DNA of 63,413 nt, filler included, from Octopus bimaculoides (taxonomy: Eukaryota), in the NCBI RefSeq assembly GCF_001194135.2. It is 3 parts of 3 records of this genome, joined end to end, with 100 filler letters (N's around TTAATTAATTAA, not from the genome) between each part and the next. Parts side by side here need not be neighbours in the genome. Positions count along the whole stretch, not along the records: positions 1 to 20,557 come from NC_068981.1; 2 more parts are not named here. One strand, given 5' to 3'. Below are positions 1 to 11,745 of the stretch, piece by piece. The notes under the pieces were generated by a model. That model had not been told where the DNA came from. It was given only the letters and a program-made list of their open reading frames with translations, and did not search any database. The translations under genes and the position numbers were made by a program. The first letter of the stretch is position 1, and every line of letters begins with the position of its first letter.

Positions 1-191
1 GACATAGGCTGTGTGGAGACGCTCGATCTGTTAGAAGTCTATCTTCCCACCATCCCATCTGGAAAAAGCAGAGACACATTAGATAATCAGAATGAAACGA
101 TTGAATGAAGCTGACGATTTGATACGGCTGACTGGTCATTAAATCTGTTTTGGCGACAAGACTCTTTTAGCATGCGCGCACGCAGAAAGAC

Positions 192-239
<48 letters not shown>

Positions 240-475
240 AGGGAGAGAGAGAGAGAGAGAGAGATCTTTATAGCTATCGTATAATGGAAAATAGATTGAA
301 AATTTTACTAGATAATTTCTAAAAATTCCTGTTTGTAATGAGATGACATATATTCAGGGTTAAACTGCGAAAAACTCGTATTCTATATAAAATTTAATTG
401 TTTTTTTAACGGGAAAATTTAGCACTAGAAATTGACCATTAACACGCAAAGTTTTTATCTCTAACGAACATAACA

Positions 476-1727
476 TAGGAAGATGGGCTGAAAAGTTTAT
501 AGGCTGATTATGAAGGAGTGACGCTAGAGCTGTGAAATCTTGCATGCATTGATTTCAACTCTATCAATAATTGCATTGTTTCTTTGCAGCTAAATTGTTC
601 AAAGACTTCAAAAGTAACTAGTTGCGACTTCTCTTGAAAATGGATAAGGTTTGGCATCGTGGTGTTATCGAGTGCCCGCAGAAAAAAAGGTTTAGCCCTC
701 AAGGACATTCATGCTGACATGGGGATGACGCTCTAGCTTTATCGACAGTGCAAAGGTGAGCAGCTGAATTTAGGAGGGGAAGGGAAAGTCTTGAAGATGA
801 CCTAATATCTGAACGTCCTGCAACTGCCACTGCTGAGGAAAACATTGATCCTCTTCACCACATGGTGACGGATGACAGACGATTGACTATAAATCACACA
901 GCTAATGCTATTAGCATATCTTGTGAGACAGTTAAGAATATTCTGCACAATGAACTTGTCACGATGAAGGTTTCTGCTCGGTGGGTGCCACATCTTCTGA
1001 CACCAGATCAAAAGCGCAGGCAAAATCTGATAGTGTTTGAGGCAGATCCAGCTAGCTTCCCTTGAACATTTTCTAAACCAGGATGAGTGTTGTGTTCATC
1101 ACTTTGAGCCAGAAAAAAAGAGACAATTCACCTAGTGGAAACATCCCTCCTCACCTGCTCCAAAGTAGGCGAAGGCCGTTCCATCTACAGAGAAGGTGAT
1201 GGCCTCAGTCTTTTGGGATGCAAGAAGCATTGTGATTATTGGCCATCTTCAAAAGGGCCACATCATCAATGGAGAGTACTATACCAACTTCTTGAGGCAG
1301 TTACAAAAGGCTATCAAGACCAAACACTGAGGAAAACTGACGAAAGGGGTCTTGTTTCATCAAGACAATCCTCCAGCACACAAGTCCTTGCTTTCAATGG
1401 CTACTGTGCATAATTGTGTCTTTGAACTGATTGATCAACTATTCTCCTGATCTGGCCCCATCTGACTATCGTCTGTTCCCCAACATGCAAAAAGACCCCA
1501 CTTGGCTGAGAACCAGTATCGAAGTGATGATGGCGTCATATCTGCTCTTGATAACTTTTTGACCAAAAGAATGAAAGCTTCTTCATTAATGGAATTCAAA
1601 CACTGCAATACCGATGGAAGAAGTGTGTGGACCGCAAGGGGGACTATGTTGAAAAATAAACCTCATTTGGTCATATTGCAATGAGAGTATTTTGGTCAGC
1701 CTATGAACTTTTCAGCCGAGCCTCGTA
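476..1727 (+). mobile_element. Full-length decayed mariner element (irritans/Himar1-like), about 1.25 kb
   Basis: TIRs ggctgaaaagtttataggctga (486-507) and tcagcctatgaacttttcagcc (1696-1717) extend imperfectly to TA at 476-477 and 1726-1727; internal transposase homology. Confidence 0.95.
640..1659 (+). pseudogene. Mariner transposase pseudogene (stops and frameshifts)
   Basis: MDKVWHRGVI start; WVPHLL (WVPxEL motif); KVMASVFWDA; VLFHQDNPPAH; YSPDLAPSDY at about 1440-1470. Confidence 0.95.
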
Positions 1728-1820
1728 TTCAGGTGGGACTTTTAGAATTATGACTTACACGTGGTAACATACAAAGGCAACCCGTCAAGAAGAATCATGA
1801 GTCTAAATAATAATAGCTTA

Positions 1821-2316
1821 GTCGTGGCTGAGTGGTAAGAAGCTTGCTTCCCAACAACATGGTTTCGAGTTCAGTCTCACTACGTGACACTTTGGGCAAG
1901 TGTCTTCTACTATAGCCTCGGACCGACTAAAGCCTTGTGAGTGGATTTGGTAAACGGAAACTGAAAGACGCTCGTCGTATGTATGTATGTATGTATGTAT
2001 GTATGTATGTATGTATGTATGTATGTATGTGTGTGTGTGTATGTGTGTTTCCGTTTATGTGTGTACTTGTGTCTGTGTGTGCGCGTCTGTCTGTCAGTCT
2101 GTCTTTGTGTCTGTGTTTCTCTCATACCGCCGCTTGACAACGGGTGCTGTCATGTTTACACCTCCGTAACTTAGCAGTTTGACAAAAGAAACTAATAGAA
2201 TAAGCACCAGACTTTAAAAAAGGTATGTACTGAGGTCGATTCGCTCAACTAAAATTCTTCGAGGCGATGCTCCAGCCTGGCCGCAGTATAATGAGTGAAA
2301 CAAGTAAAAGATAAAA
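1821..2316 (+). mobile_element. SINE family 1 (tRNA-like head, conserved body, internal microsatellite, RTE-like tail)
   Basis: Head gtggctgagtggtaagaagcttgcttccc; body gccttgtgagtggatttggtaaacggaaactgaaag; internal (TATG)n/(TG)n; tail ggccgcagt..gaaacaagtaaaaga; more than 10 copies in the window. Confidence 0.9.
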
Positions 2317-2774
2317 TACAAATTACGCAGTGTAGATTAGAGGGTGCCAGTGACGATAAACTGTACACAGTACATACTGTAAAGTGGTTGACGATAGAAA
2401 AGCATTCACCAGAAAAGTAGTGTGAAGACATGACATAGATAACAAAGATTGATAGTTTTCTGTTGTAAGTGCCAGATAACAAGACGTTCTGCTGGAACAG
2501 AGCCGCTCAACATGCACCAGGATGGAAAAAAATGTATTTAAAACGATGAAAAGCAAATGATATATTTTTCATGTAAGTGAAACCAAATGCTCTCATTGAC
2601 AACTTAAAGGATTTTTTTTTTTTTTCGGTTCCTTTTCTTGGTGTAACTTATAGAAAATTTGAAGATTGTTCACTATCGCAAGAGAGTAAAATATGAACAT
2701 TTTTCCAAGAATTTATCATGATGTTAACATGATAATGTTGTTATGAGTTCTTGTAGCTGATATCCTTCACTCAG

Positions 2775-3487
2775 GCGGCGATCTGACAGAATCGTTACAG
2801 TGCCGGGGAAAATGCCTGGCAGCATTTCGTCCCTCTTCAGATTGGTGTTAGAAAACACGTACTGATGTTACCTTCAAATAAGGCGGCGAGCTGGCAGAAT
2901 CGTTAGCATGCCGAACAAAATGCCGATAAGCATTTTGTCCGTCTTTACATTCTGAATTCAAATTCTGCCATGGTAGACTTTACTTTTCGGGTTGGATAAA
3001 ACGAATTCCAGTTGATTACTGAAGTCGATGTAATCGAATTAGCACCCTCCCTTGAAATTGCTGGCCTTGTGCCAAAATTGGAAACCAATATTACCTTCAA
3101 ATAAANNNNNNNNNNNNNNNNAATTCAAATTCTGCCATGGTAGACTTTACTTTTCGGGTTGGATAAAACGAATACCAGTTGATTACTGAAGTCGATGTAA
3201 TCGAATTAGCACCCTCCCTTGAAATTGCTGGCCTTGTGCCAAAATTGGAAACCAATATTACCTTCAAATAAAGCGGTGAGCTGGAAGAATTGTTAGCATG
3301 CCGGGCAAAATGCTTAACGGCATTGCGTCTGTCTTTACATTCCAAGTTCAAATTCCGCCGAGGTCGACTTTCTCTTTCATTCTTTCGGCATCGATAAAAT
3401 AAGTACCATGGAATACTGGAGTCAATATAATCGACTTAGCCCCTCCCCCGAGATTGCTGGCCCTGTGTCAAAATGTAAAACCAATAT
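2775..3487 (+). mobile_element. Stack of SINE family 2 copies (truncated head 2775-2838, copy about 2882-3258, copy 3273-3487)
   Basis: Head ggcggtgagctggcagaatcgttagc; body gtcgactttgcctttcatcctttcggggtcgataaa; tail ccttgtgccaaaatt; middle copy flanked by ttaccttcaaataa on both sides. Confidence 0.85.
2955..3272. other. 151-bp direct duplication across a 16-N gap (probable assembly overlap)
   Basis: 2955-3105 and 3122-3272 are identical by eye except one substitution (aattcc/aatacc) and sit either side of Ns. Confidence 0.8.
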
Positions 3488-3688
3488 TCTTCACTTAACT
3501 GTTCACCCTCAGACGTATCCTACGGTACCCCACATTGCGGCAGTGATTATCCGAATGAAGTGTAGAGTTCTTTCATTGTTGCTTTTCTTAAGATCCTCAC
3601 AAACATGATTGAAATACAATAGCTACGACTGGGAAAACAAACCAAGTCGTAAACTATATTTATTAAGAGCGAGACATTCTACAATACA

Positions 3689-3876
3689 TGTTAATGTTAT
3701 CTCTACAGATTCTCTATTGAAATTATAGCCAGCATTGATTTTGTAACGACGTTCCGTATCCGAGTCGCCAGATATAAATAACTGAGATCTCATCTGGCGT
3801 CACGGATACGAAACGGTGTAACAAAATCAGTGCTGGCTATCATTTCTATAGAAAATCTATAGAGATGATCTTAACA
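3689..3876. mobile_element. Foldback MITE-like inverted repeat flanked by TTAA
   Basis: Arms 3689-3773 and 3792-3876 (85 bp) are reverse complements at roughly 80-85% identity; 18-nt spacer. Confidence 0.8.
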
Positions 3877-3948
3877 AGTGATGTAATAGCATTGCTAACG
3901 CAGTAGAACACGGTATTACAGTTCTATATTTAAGAGATGAGGAGTTAC

Positions 3949-4370
3949 TCTTTTACTCTTTTTTACTCTTTTACTTGTTTTAGTCATTTGACTGCGGTCA
4001 TACTGGAGCACCGCCTTTAGTCGAGCAAATCGACCCCAGGACTTATTCTTTGTAAGCCTAGTACTTATTCTATCGGTTTCTTTTGCCGAACCACTAATGT
4101 CACGGGGACGTAAACATACCACCAACGGTTGTCAAGCGATGTTGCGGGGGACAAACACAGACACACAAACACACACACATATATATATATATATATACAT
4201 ATATACGACAGGCTTCTTTCGGTTTCCGTCTACCAAATCCACTCACAAGGCTTTGGTCGGCCCGATGCTATAGTAGAAGACACTTGCCCAAGGTGCCACG
4301 CAGTGGGATCATTCCCAGAACCATGTGGTTGGTAAGCAAGCTACTTACCACACAGCCACTCCCGCGCCTG
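3949..4370 (-). mobile_element. SINE family 1, full length
   Basis: Reverse complement of head, body and tail; internal (CA)/(TA) tract; (ttttactc)n tail repeats. Confidence 0.9.
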
Positions 4371-4994
4371 TTATGTACATTATTTACATTATTTATATTT
4401 GACGGATATTTGTCCTCATCAACAAACAAGGTGAGGACAAATATCCGTCAAATTATAAATAATGTAAATAATGTAAATAATGAACACGGCATTAATTTAT
4501 AAAAAAAACATTTAAAATACTTTGTAGTATATTATGGCTGCATAACGAAATACCGTGTACCTGCAGGTCATTAATAATTACCAATATACAATGCTCTTCG
4601 TAATACTCTAATTTTTCTTTTCAAACAACAAAAGTAATTTCTTCAATCATTCGGAGAGCAGCTGTTGTTTGAAAAGATGGGATAATTCTAGTATTTATAC
4701 TTGAATAGGTTGCTAAATATTTGGATAGCGATGTGGGGAATTGTATAGAGAGATATCTAGAGTAGTTCAAGCACTTTGAATGATGAATAATAGCAATTAA
4801 AGTATATTCACCAGTATTTATATTGCATGTTTTCTGTTCTCTGGGTTATTTTGCTTCGGTATTTTGTGTATGTCGGTTGATGGATGATATAATGTATACT
4901 TAGCTCAAGCCTTCCCTTGGTCCTTAACAAATTAACAGTGACACGTTTTGGAAAAATGCAAATTCACCTACTGCTGCAGTGAGCTCGCCCAAAA

Positions 4995-5035
4995 TTCTAC
5001 TGAAGATAATCGTACTGAAATGCGGGAGTCTAGAA
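4995..5035 (+). ncRNA. Degenerate type I hammerhead ribozyme motif
   Basis: UUCUA-CUGAAGA-(10 nt, no real stem II)-GAAA-UGCGGGA-GUC-UAGAA; 5-bp stem I and GUC triplet. Confidence 0.4.
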
Positions 5036-5070
5036 ACAATTTGGTCTGGACCAGAATGACATTTTCGGCT

Positions 5071-5730
5071 TTTATCTTTTCGTTCACTTGTTTCAGTCAT
5101 TGGACTGAACAAAACGACCCCTGTACTTAGCTTTTTTTAAAAGTATGGTACTCATTCCATCATTCTTTCTGGCCGAGCCTCTAGGTCAGGGGTTTTCAAA
5201 CTGTGGTCCGCGGACCACAGGGGGTCCGCAAGGACAAGACAGGGGGTCCGTGGACAGCAAATACTTTTTATGGGCAATTTGATTTTATATATGTTTTTTA
5301 ATCGAAATCTTTTAATTGACAATAAACCTATTTGTTAAATACTGTTAAATAAATAAATGTAAAGATATATGTTATTTTAAGCAAATATTTATGTATAAAT
5401 TTCATAAGCGTTTATAAGGGGGTCCCTAAGGTAAAGCCTGAAATATAAAGGGGTCCGTAAGTCAGAAAGTTTGAAAACCCCTGCTCTAGGTTACGGGTTT
5501 GTACACAAACCACCACCGGTTGTCGAGTAGTTGAGGATGACAAAACACCAGAAACAAAGACAAAGACAACACATACATAGATACTTAGATATCTTTATAT
5601 GCGACGGGTTTCCACTCAGTTTTCGTCTACTGAATTCACTCACAAGGCATTTACTCAAGGTGCTGCGCAGTGGGACTGAACCCGAAACCATGTGGTTACA
5701 AAACGAGCTTCTTAATCATATAGCCATAGC
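5071..5730 (-). mobile_element. SINE family 1 interrupted by a hAT MITE
   Basis: Tail part 5071-5186 and body/head 5484-5730 are continuous once 5187-5483 is removed. Confidence 0.85.
5187..5483. mobile_element. hAT (Charlie-like) MITE, 297 bp
   Basis: Perfect 16-bp TIRs caggggttttcaaact / agtttgaaaacccctg; perfect 8-bp TSD CTCTAGGT (5179-5186, 5484-5491); subterminal ggggtcc repeats. Confidence 0.95.
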
Positions 5731-5932
5731 TACGCCTAACTAAGAGATTTTGCTTCCAGCACCTAAGTTAACCCTGTTCTATTTCATATTTTTCAAGCAG
5801 AATTATCTCCTTACTTTGTATTTCTTGCTTGCTGTGTATTTCTAGAGATTACAAGCGAAAAATTAATCACAGCTGCAAATTCGAAGGAACGTGCTGTATC
5901 TTACTCGTGTGTGTGTGTGTGTGAGGGGGGTG

Positions 5933-6002
<70 letters not shown>

Positions 6003-6346
6003 AGTCTTGCCGATACCTCTGCGATCATTTCTTTCTAACGCAGTTGAGTTCTATCGAAATAGAATCTTAGGAAATTGATTTACCTTATCCAAAACAGCCA
6101 CCACAAGGTGCAGTCCTTTTTACAGTGTTGTGTCTTGTATCCCTAATGACCCTGAGAACTGTACCAGCAGAATACAAGCTCCCAGTCGGGCTCCCATGCT
6201 GGACAAATCAAAATATAGCCTTTCTTCCTTGAAGTAAAAATGGATTTGTGTAGGGCCAACGCCACTACCTAGCAAAAAACAAAAAAAGAAATGTTACAGA
6301 AACGTCGATGACAATTCAGAACCAGTAAGACTTAGGAGTGAAAGGA

Positions 6347-6590
6347 CTTGCCTCAGGGAAATGTATGCTACATATAAGCCGTTACAATTTTGGTGGCACT
6401 GACGAGCAAACATGTACATATATCATTATTACAATTTTGGCGACCTTCCGATTCAAGGACTGTATGTCTTCCCAGTCAATTACTACAGCAATCATTACAT
6501 TCTGGTAACGCTGATGTGCAAATATATGTACATAAATCATTACAAATTTGATAACTCCCGACTTAAGAACTACATGCTTTCTCAACCAGA
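6347..6590. repeat. Degenerate tandem repeat, about 2.5 units of 100-115 bp
   Basis: Recurrent ttacaattttgg-like motifs (about 6382, 6429, 6495, 6540) and gac..gtatg(c/t) blocks (about 6347, 6442, 6554). Confidence 0.55.
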
Positions 6591-6761
6591 TGCCTATATA
6601 TAATTGTTACATACATACACACACATACATACACACATACACACACACATACATATATACATACATGCATACATACACATACACGCACATACATATATAC
6701 ATGCACACATACGCCCCCCACCACCACACACACATACACCTCATCCAGAACTTAGTTTCAT

Positions 6762-7130
6762 TGACTTAGACAGGTGGTCTCGAAAATCGCATATCGCAAT
6801 TTATCCCGGTTCCTTCGTGAAATTCAAGGTCCTCTTCAACAAACTCCATCCACATAAAGTGATCAGCACTTCTTTATAAGGCTATTCTCACCCATGTGTA
6901 TCATTTGTCCATACTGGCACAATTTTCTTTCTTGTACCTACGTATTGTTCCTCTTGTACCCAGTATTTTCTCTCAGTACATCTGTTCTATGTCTTTTATA
7001 CACACTAAGGTTGTACATTCAACGGAGCGTGGTCACTTCATTTCTTATTAGTTTTCACAAGTCCTCTTGCTCTAAGTCCCGTGTTTGCGATGCCACATGG
7101 TTGCTAAAATATGTGATTATTGCCATTCAC
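6762..7130 (-). mobile_element. RTE-clade LINE 3' fragment (decayed)
   Basis: Minus translation ..LIRNEVTTLR*MYNLSVYKRHRTDVLRE..VQERKLCQYGQMIHMGEN resembles the RTE C-terminal LERNE..LRWMC..RRLRWYGHV block. Confidence 0.75.
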
Positions 7131-7827
7131 TAAAGGATAAATGATTATTCTTAATTACCAAAATATATGTGTTTTTTCCTCACTAATATCAAGGAACTAA
7201 TATAATCCCAGATATTCTGATTGTCTCCATCCAACTCTTGCTATGTACGTCTGAATATTTACTCATTGGCTTCCGTACAAATAATTTGGATAGATATAAG
7301 GAGGGAGCTGTTAATCGAATTCTGCTGCTTGAAATCCATTTTTATATCGAAAATAGTACAGAACATAGATGGGAGATGAGAGATAGATAGATAGATAGAT
7401 AGATAGATACATACATACATACATACATACATACATACATACATACATACATACATTGGAAGAGAGTGAGAGCGAGAGAAACGTACAGATAGAGAGAGAA
7501 AGAGAGAACATTACTAAATGTGGATTTGTTTGACACACGGCAATATTGTTATTTATTTGTCGCTAGGCATCTACATAGTTGCTTGGACCAGAAGTAATAA
7601 AAACGAACGATTTAAAGGCGCTAATAACATAAGGTGTTGGCAGCTAGGCTATAACCCAAGTCGTTGCACCAAACTTAACAGAAACTCGCTTTAGTGAGTC
7701 GCTGGAAATGTGATGTCCTCTGTAATAAGGTTGTCGACTGTAACCTATCACGTTTTCAAATATTTGATTGGAAATAAAATAAAATGATTCTGCGAGAGAA
7801 TTACGTATGCGCACACAACATACACAC

Positions 7828-7897
<70 letters not shown>

Positions 7898-7919
7898 GTA
7901 TGTGTGTGTATATACATAC

Positions 7920-7990
<71 letters not shown>

Positions 7991-9448
7991 CACACACACA
8001 TATATATATATGTATGTATGTATGTATATACGCACACACACACATATGTATGTATGTATATATACATACACACATACGTACATATGTATACAAAAACATA
8101 CACATACAAACACAGGCGCACACACATATACATATGTATGTAAATTTGTGTATACATAGATACACATACACACATATATGGAACTTCCACTTGGTTAATC
8201 GTCTTGCTAAAAATTGCAGCCAAATCTTCCTCAGATTACACTCTATCGCATCAAAAATAGACACGTTGGATAGTGTGTAGTTTTGGTTTCTCTGCGCATA
8301 GCAAAATTATCTGATGGTCACCAATGGAACGCCTTGGATCATATGTAAATTAACTTGATCGGACTGACTTGGGACTAAATAATCTTTTCTACTATAGGCA
8401 CAAGGTCTGAAATTTTGGGGGAGGAGACTAGTTGATTACATCGACTCCAGTATTTCACTGGTACTTAATTTATCGATCCCGAAAGGATGAAAGACACACA
8501 CACATATATACGACGGGCTTCTTTCAGTTTCCGTCTATTAAATCCACTCACTTGCTTGTATTGGTCGGTTTCCCGTCGTCCAATCGTGTTGGCGCAACAT
8601 TTCGTTTTTTCTTATGCGGGAAATTAACCACCAGCTCTAGGGAGTCTTCTGAACTCTATAAGAACAACAGTTCTCAACTGCTCTACGTCTTTGGCACATG
8701 CCAGTGACCACACACAACTCGTCCCTGACATCGATGTTGACATCAGCCAGTCTCCGCTTTCATTTTCTCCACCAGACACCTACCTACATCGTTGCTGTAT
8801 GAACATCACACGGCCAACAAGTCATTGGCTACCTCTACACACCACCAAAGAGTACGTCAACTATGTCTACAAGACCAACAGTCCAGCCTAACCACGAAGT
8901 CTCTCACACATCTTTGTTGTAACCTGTTATATTTGTTTATTTCAAGTATGGTAATCATTGTATTTTATAACGGAGAATAAATCGTCGCTTACCAGTTCGT
9001 TACATCTTAAGTCGTTTTCCTTATTACGCATCTTTGTTATAATGTGTTTACGTCTCCGTAATTTAGCGGTTCTGCAAAAGAACCGATAAAATAAGTACTA
9101 GGCTTAAGGAATAAATCCTGGGGTCGATTTGCTCGACTAAAAACCCTTCAGGTCCTTGGCCCAGCATGGCTGCAGTCGTATGACTGAAACAAGTAAAAGA
9201 ATAAAGGAAAAAGAATAAAAACATGGAGAAAGCAGAATTTGATAAAATATTGGAATTTTGAAGAGCTCGCAACCAACTAACCACAGCTTGTGCAGCTGGG
9301 AAATGTGTGAAAAGCTTTTTGATGTTCTCATCCACTTATCGTTGGGAAGAAAGGTTTACAGCAATGTTTATAAGTGAAAACATGTTTCATGCAAAGCTGT
9401 CAACTGAGAATAATATGTGGGTGTACCTCTTTGAAACTGTGCCAAGAA

Positions 9449-9692
9449 AAGGCGGTGAGCTGGCAGAAACGTTAGCACGCCGGGCGAAATGCTTAACGGT
9501 ATTTCGTCTGCCGTTACGTTCTGAGTTCAAATTCCGCCGAGGTCGACTTTGCCTTTCATCCTTTCGGGGTCGATAAATTAAGTACCAGTTACGCGTTGGA
9601 GGTCGATCTTATCGACTTAATTCCTTTGTCTGTCCTTGTTTGTCCCCTCTATGTTTAGCCCCTTGTGGGCAATAAAAAAATAAAAAAAATAA
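9449..9692 (+). mobile_element. SINE family 2, young copy with an alternative 3' tail
   Basis: Perfect 16-bp TSD gaaactgtgccaagaa at 9433-9448 and 9693-9708; A-rich end. Confidence 0.92.
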
Positions 9693-9790
9693 GAAACTGT
9701 GCCAAGAATGGAGTTGCTTGTTAGAAAGAGACAAGTTAAATCATCTCTCAAAGATGTTGCATCAAATTAAAAGAAATTAATTTCTTATAT

Positions 9791-10199
9791 AGGTGCAGGT
9801 GTGGATGTGGGGTTAAGAAGCTTGCTTTCAAATCATGTGGCTTTAGGTTCAATCTCATTGCTCAGAATCTTGGGCAAGTATCTTCCACTATAGCCCAGGG
9901 CTGACCAAACCTTGTGAGTGGGATTTGGTTGATGGAAACTGAAACCCGCTGTATATCTACGTGCGTGGTGTGTGTTACATGTGTGTTTGTGCTGTGTTTG
10001 ACCCTCAGCGCCGCTTGAAAACCGATGCTGGTTTGTTTACATCTCAGTAACTTAGCCGAAACTTTAAAAGAGACCGACAGAATAAGTACCAAGTTTAGAA
10101 ATAAGTATTGGAGCTAATTGTTTTCGACGAAACTCTTCAATGCGGTGCCCCAGCATGGCCGCAGTCCAATGGCTGGAACAAGTAAAAGATAAAAGATAA
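9791..10199 (+). mobile_element. SINE family 1, diverged
   Basis: Head, body and tail motifs all recognisable. Confidence 0.8.
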
Positions 10200-10258
10200 T
10201 GCCAGGAATTTTCACAGAGGGAATAATCAATTATATCAACTCTCATACTTAACTGGTA

Positions 10259-10888
10259 TTGGGCCGTTCGGAAAGTTCTAAATGTTTTTGAAGGTCAGAA
10301 ATAAAACAAAATTATTTGCATTACAATAAGTTTTATTCATCAAAATACCCTCCAGTTTTGTTAAAGATTTTAGTCCATTTATTGAACAGCTTCAAAATTC
10401 CATCCGCATAGAAATGAACTGTCTTGGCAAAAAAAAGAAGTTATTAAAATGGTTTTTGATTGCATTGAAATCATTTCCCGTGTTAAGAATTTTGTGAGGA
10501 CCTAAACAAACGGAAGCCAGATGGTGTAATATCGGAAGAGTATAATGGATGCAGAAAGAGATCCCACTCAATTTTATGCAACTTTCTGCGGGTAACCAAA
10601 GACACAAGGGGTTTGGCATTGTGCTGTTGGAACACAGCCTCTTTCTTATTGGCTAGTTCTAGCCTAATCCCTTTTATCTTTTACTTGTTTCAGGCATTAA
10701 ACTGCGGCCATGCTGGGGCACTTCCTTGTGGCAATTTTTTAATCAGATGTATCGACCCCAATGCTTAGTTTTTTAAAGCCTGGTGCTCATTCTATCGGTC
10801 TTCTTTGCAGAACCGCTAAGTTACAGGGATGCAAACACACCAGCACTGGTTGTCAAGCAATGGTAGGGAGAACAAACACAGCAACACA

Positions 10889-10929
<41 letters not shown>

Positions 10930-11490
10930 GATGGGCTTCTTTCAGTTTCCGTCTACGAAATCCACTCACAAGGCTTTGGTCGGCCCGTAGCTATAGTAGA
11001 AGGCTCTCATCCAAGGTGTCACGTACTGAGACTGAACACTGAGTCATGTGGTTGGGAAGCAAGCTTCTTACCACGCACCCGCGCCTGCGCCCGGTGATTT
11101 TTTTTTTCATTCAGTTTCTCCAACTGATGGCAGTACACATCAGAACTGATGGTTTGATTGTGTCAAATTAGCTCATAATGAATAACGTCTTTGAAATCCC
11201 ACCAGACAACAAAGCATAACTTTGTACAGTGCTTTTTAGAACTTCCAAAACCTCTGCAAGCTTCTTGGTCGTGATTTTTGGTTTGACTTCAATGTTTACC
11301 TTCAAAATGTCGTCGCCTGAACTGAAATGCCCGCATTGGCATTTTGCAAACCATCTCTGAACAGTTAGGTTTCTTATAGCACCTTTACCATACATCTCAC
11401 AAGTGGTTTTGCGCGTTTCTGCGGCGTTTTCAATCTTGTTTAAAGAAAGAATTATGTATCGAATATGCAACTTTTGGTTATCCATTTTTT
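10259..11490 (-). mobile_element. Second mariner relic, internally deleted and SINE-interrupted
   Basis: One TIR ta-ttgggccgttcggaaagttc at 10257; N-terminal HTH (MDNQKLHIRYIIL..TVQRWFAK); WWDFKDVIHYEL..YCHQLEKLNE; LELANKKEAVFQQHNAK..HPLYSSDITPSGFRLFRS. Confidence 0.9.
10672..11090 (-). mobile_element. SINE family 1 inserted in the mariner transposase
   Basis: Complete reverse-strand copy with internal (TA)n, splitting the ..KSP / ELANKK.. coding segment. Confidence 0.9.
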
Positions 11491-11589
11491 ACCTTGATAA
11501 ACAATATCAACGACGATGACAACAGCAGCAGCAGCAGCAGCAGCAACAACAACAACAACAACAGCTCGTACTGACTTCTGTTTCATTTC

Positions 11590-11745
11590 CTGTTATTTGT
11601 GGCTAGAGTGTGCGTCACCCGAGGTGACTCTTGTGTTTACCCCTCTCCCATACAGGTTTATGCAACAAACCCCAAAGTATTGTTCCCATAAAAGCGTCTC
11701 CCGAGGCTGAATGCCTCACTTGCCAACCCTAGGTAAGCTATTGGT
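11590..11745. mobile_element. Short dispersed repeat, probably a hAT/Tip100-like MITE relic; second copy 17265-17420
   Basis: Shared core ggtttat(g/a)ca(a/g)caa..aaagt(a/g)ttgt(t/c)cccataaa(a/t)gcgtc(t/g)cccgagg; ends resemble CAGTGGCGTAACTAG-type TIRs. Confidence 0.5.

Noticed and set aside
2475-2550. Frame containing HAPGWKK, reminiscent of APGWamide
   Set aside because: Single occurrence, no amidation Gly, no repeats or signal peptide; chance.
2810-2845. Minus-strand CUGAAGA-GGGAC-GAAA
   Set aside because: Arises at a truncated SINE head junction; no stem I or stem III.
2955-3272. Apparent recent 151-bp tandem duplication
   Set aside because: Brackets a gap exactly; overlap of contig ends or haplotypes is more likely.
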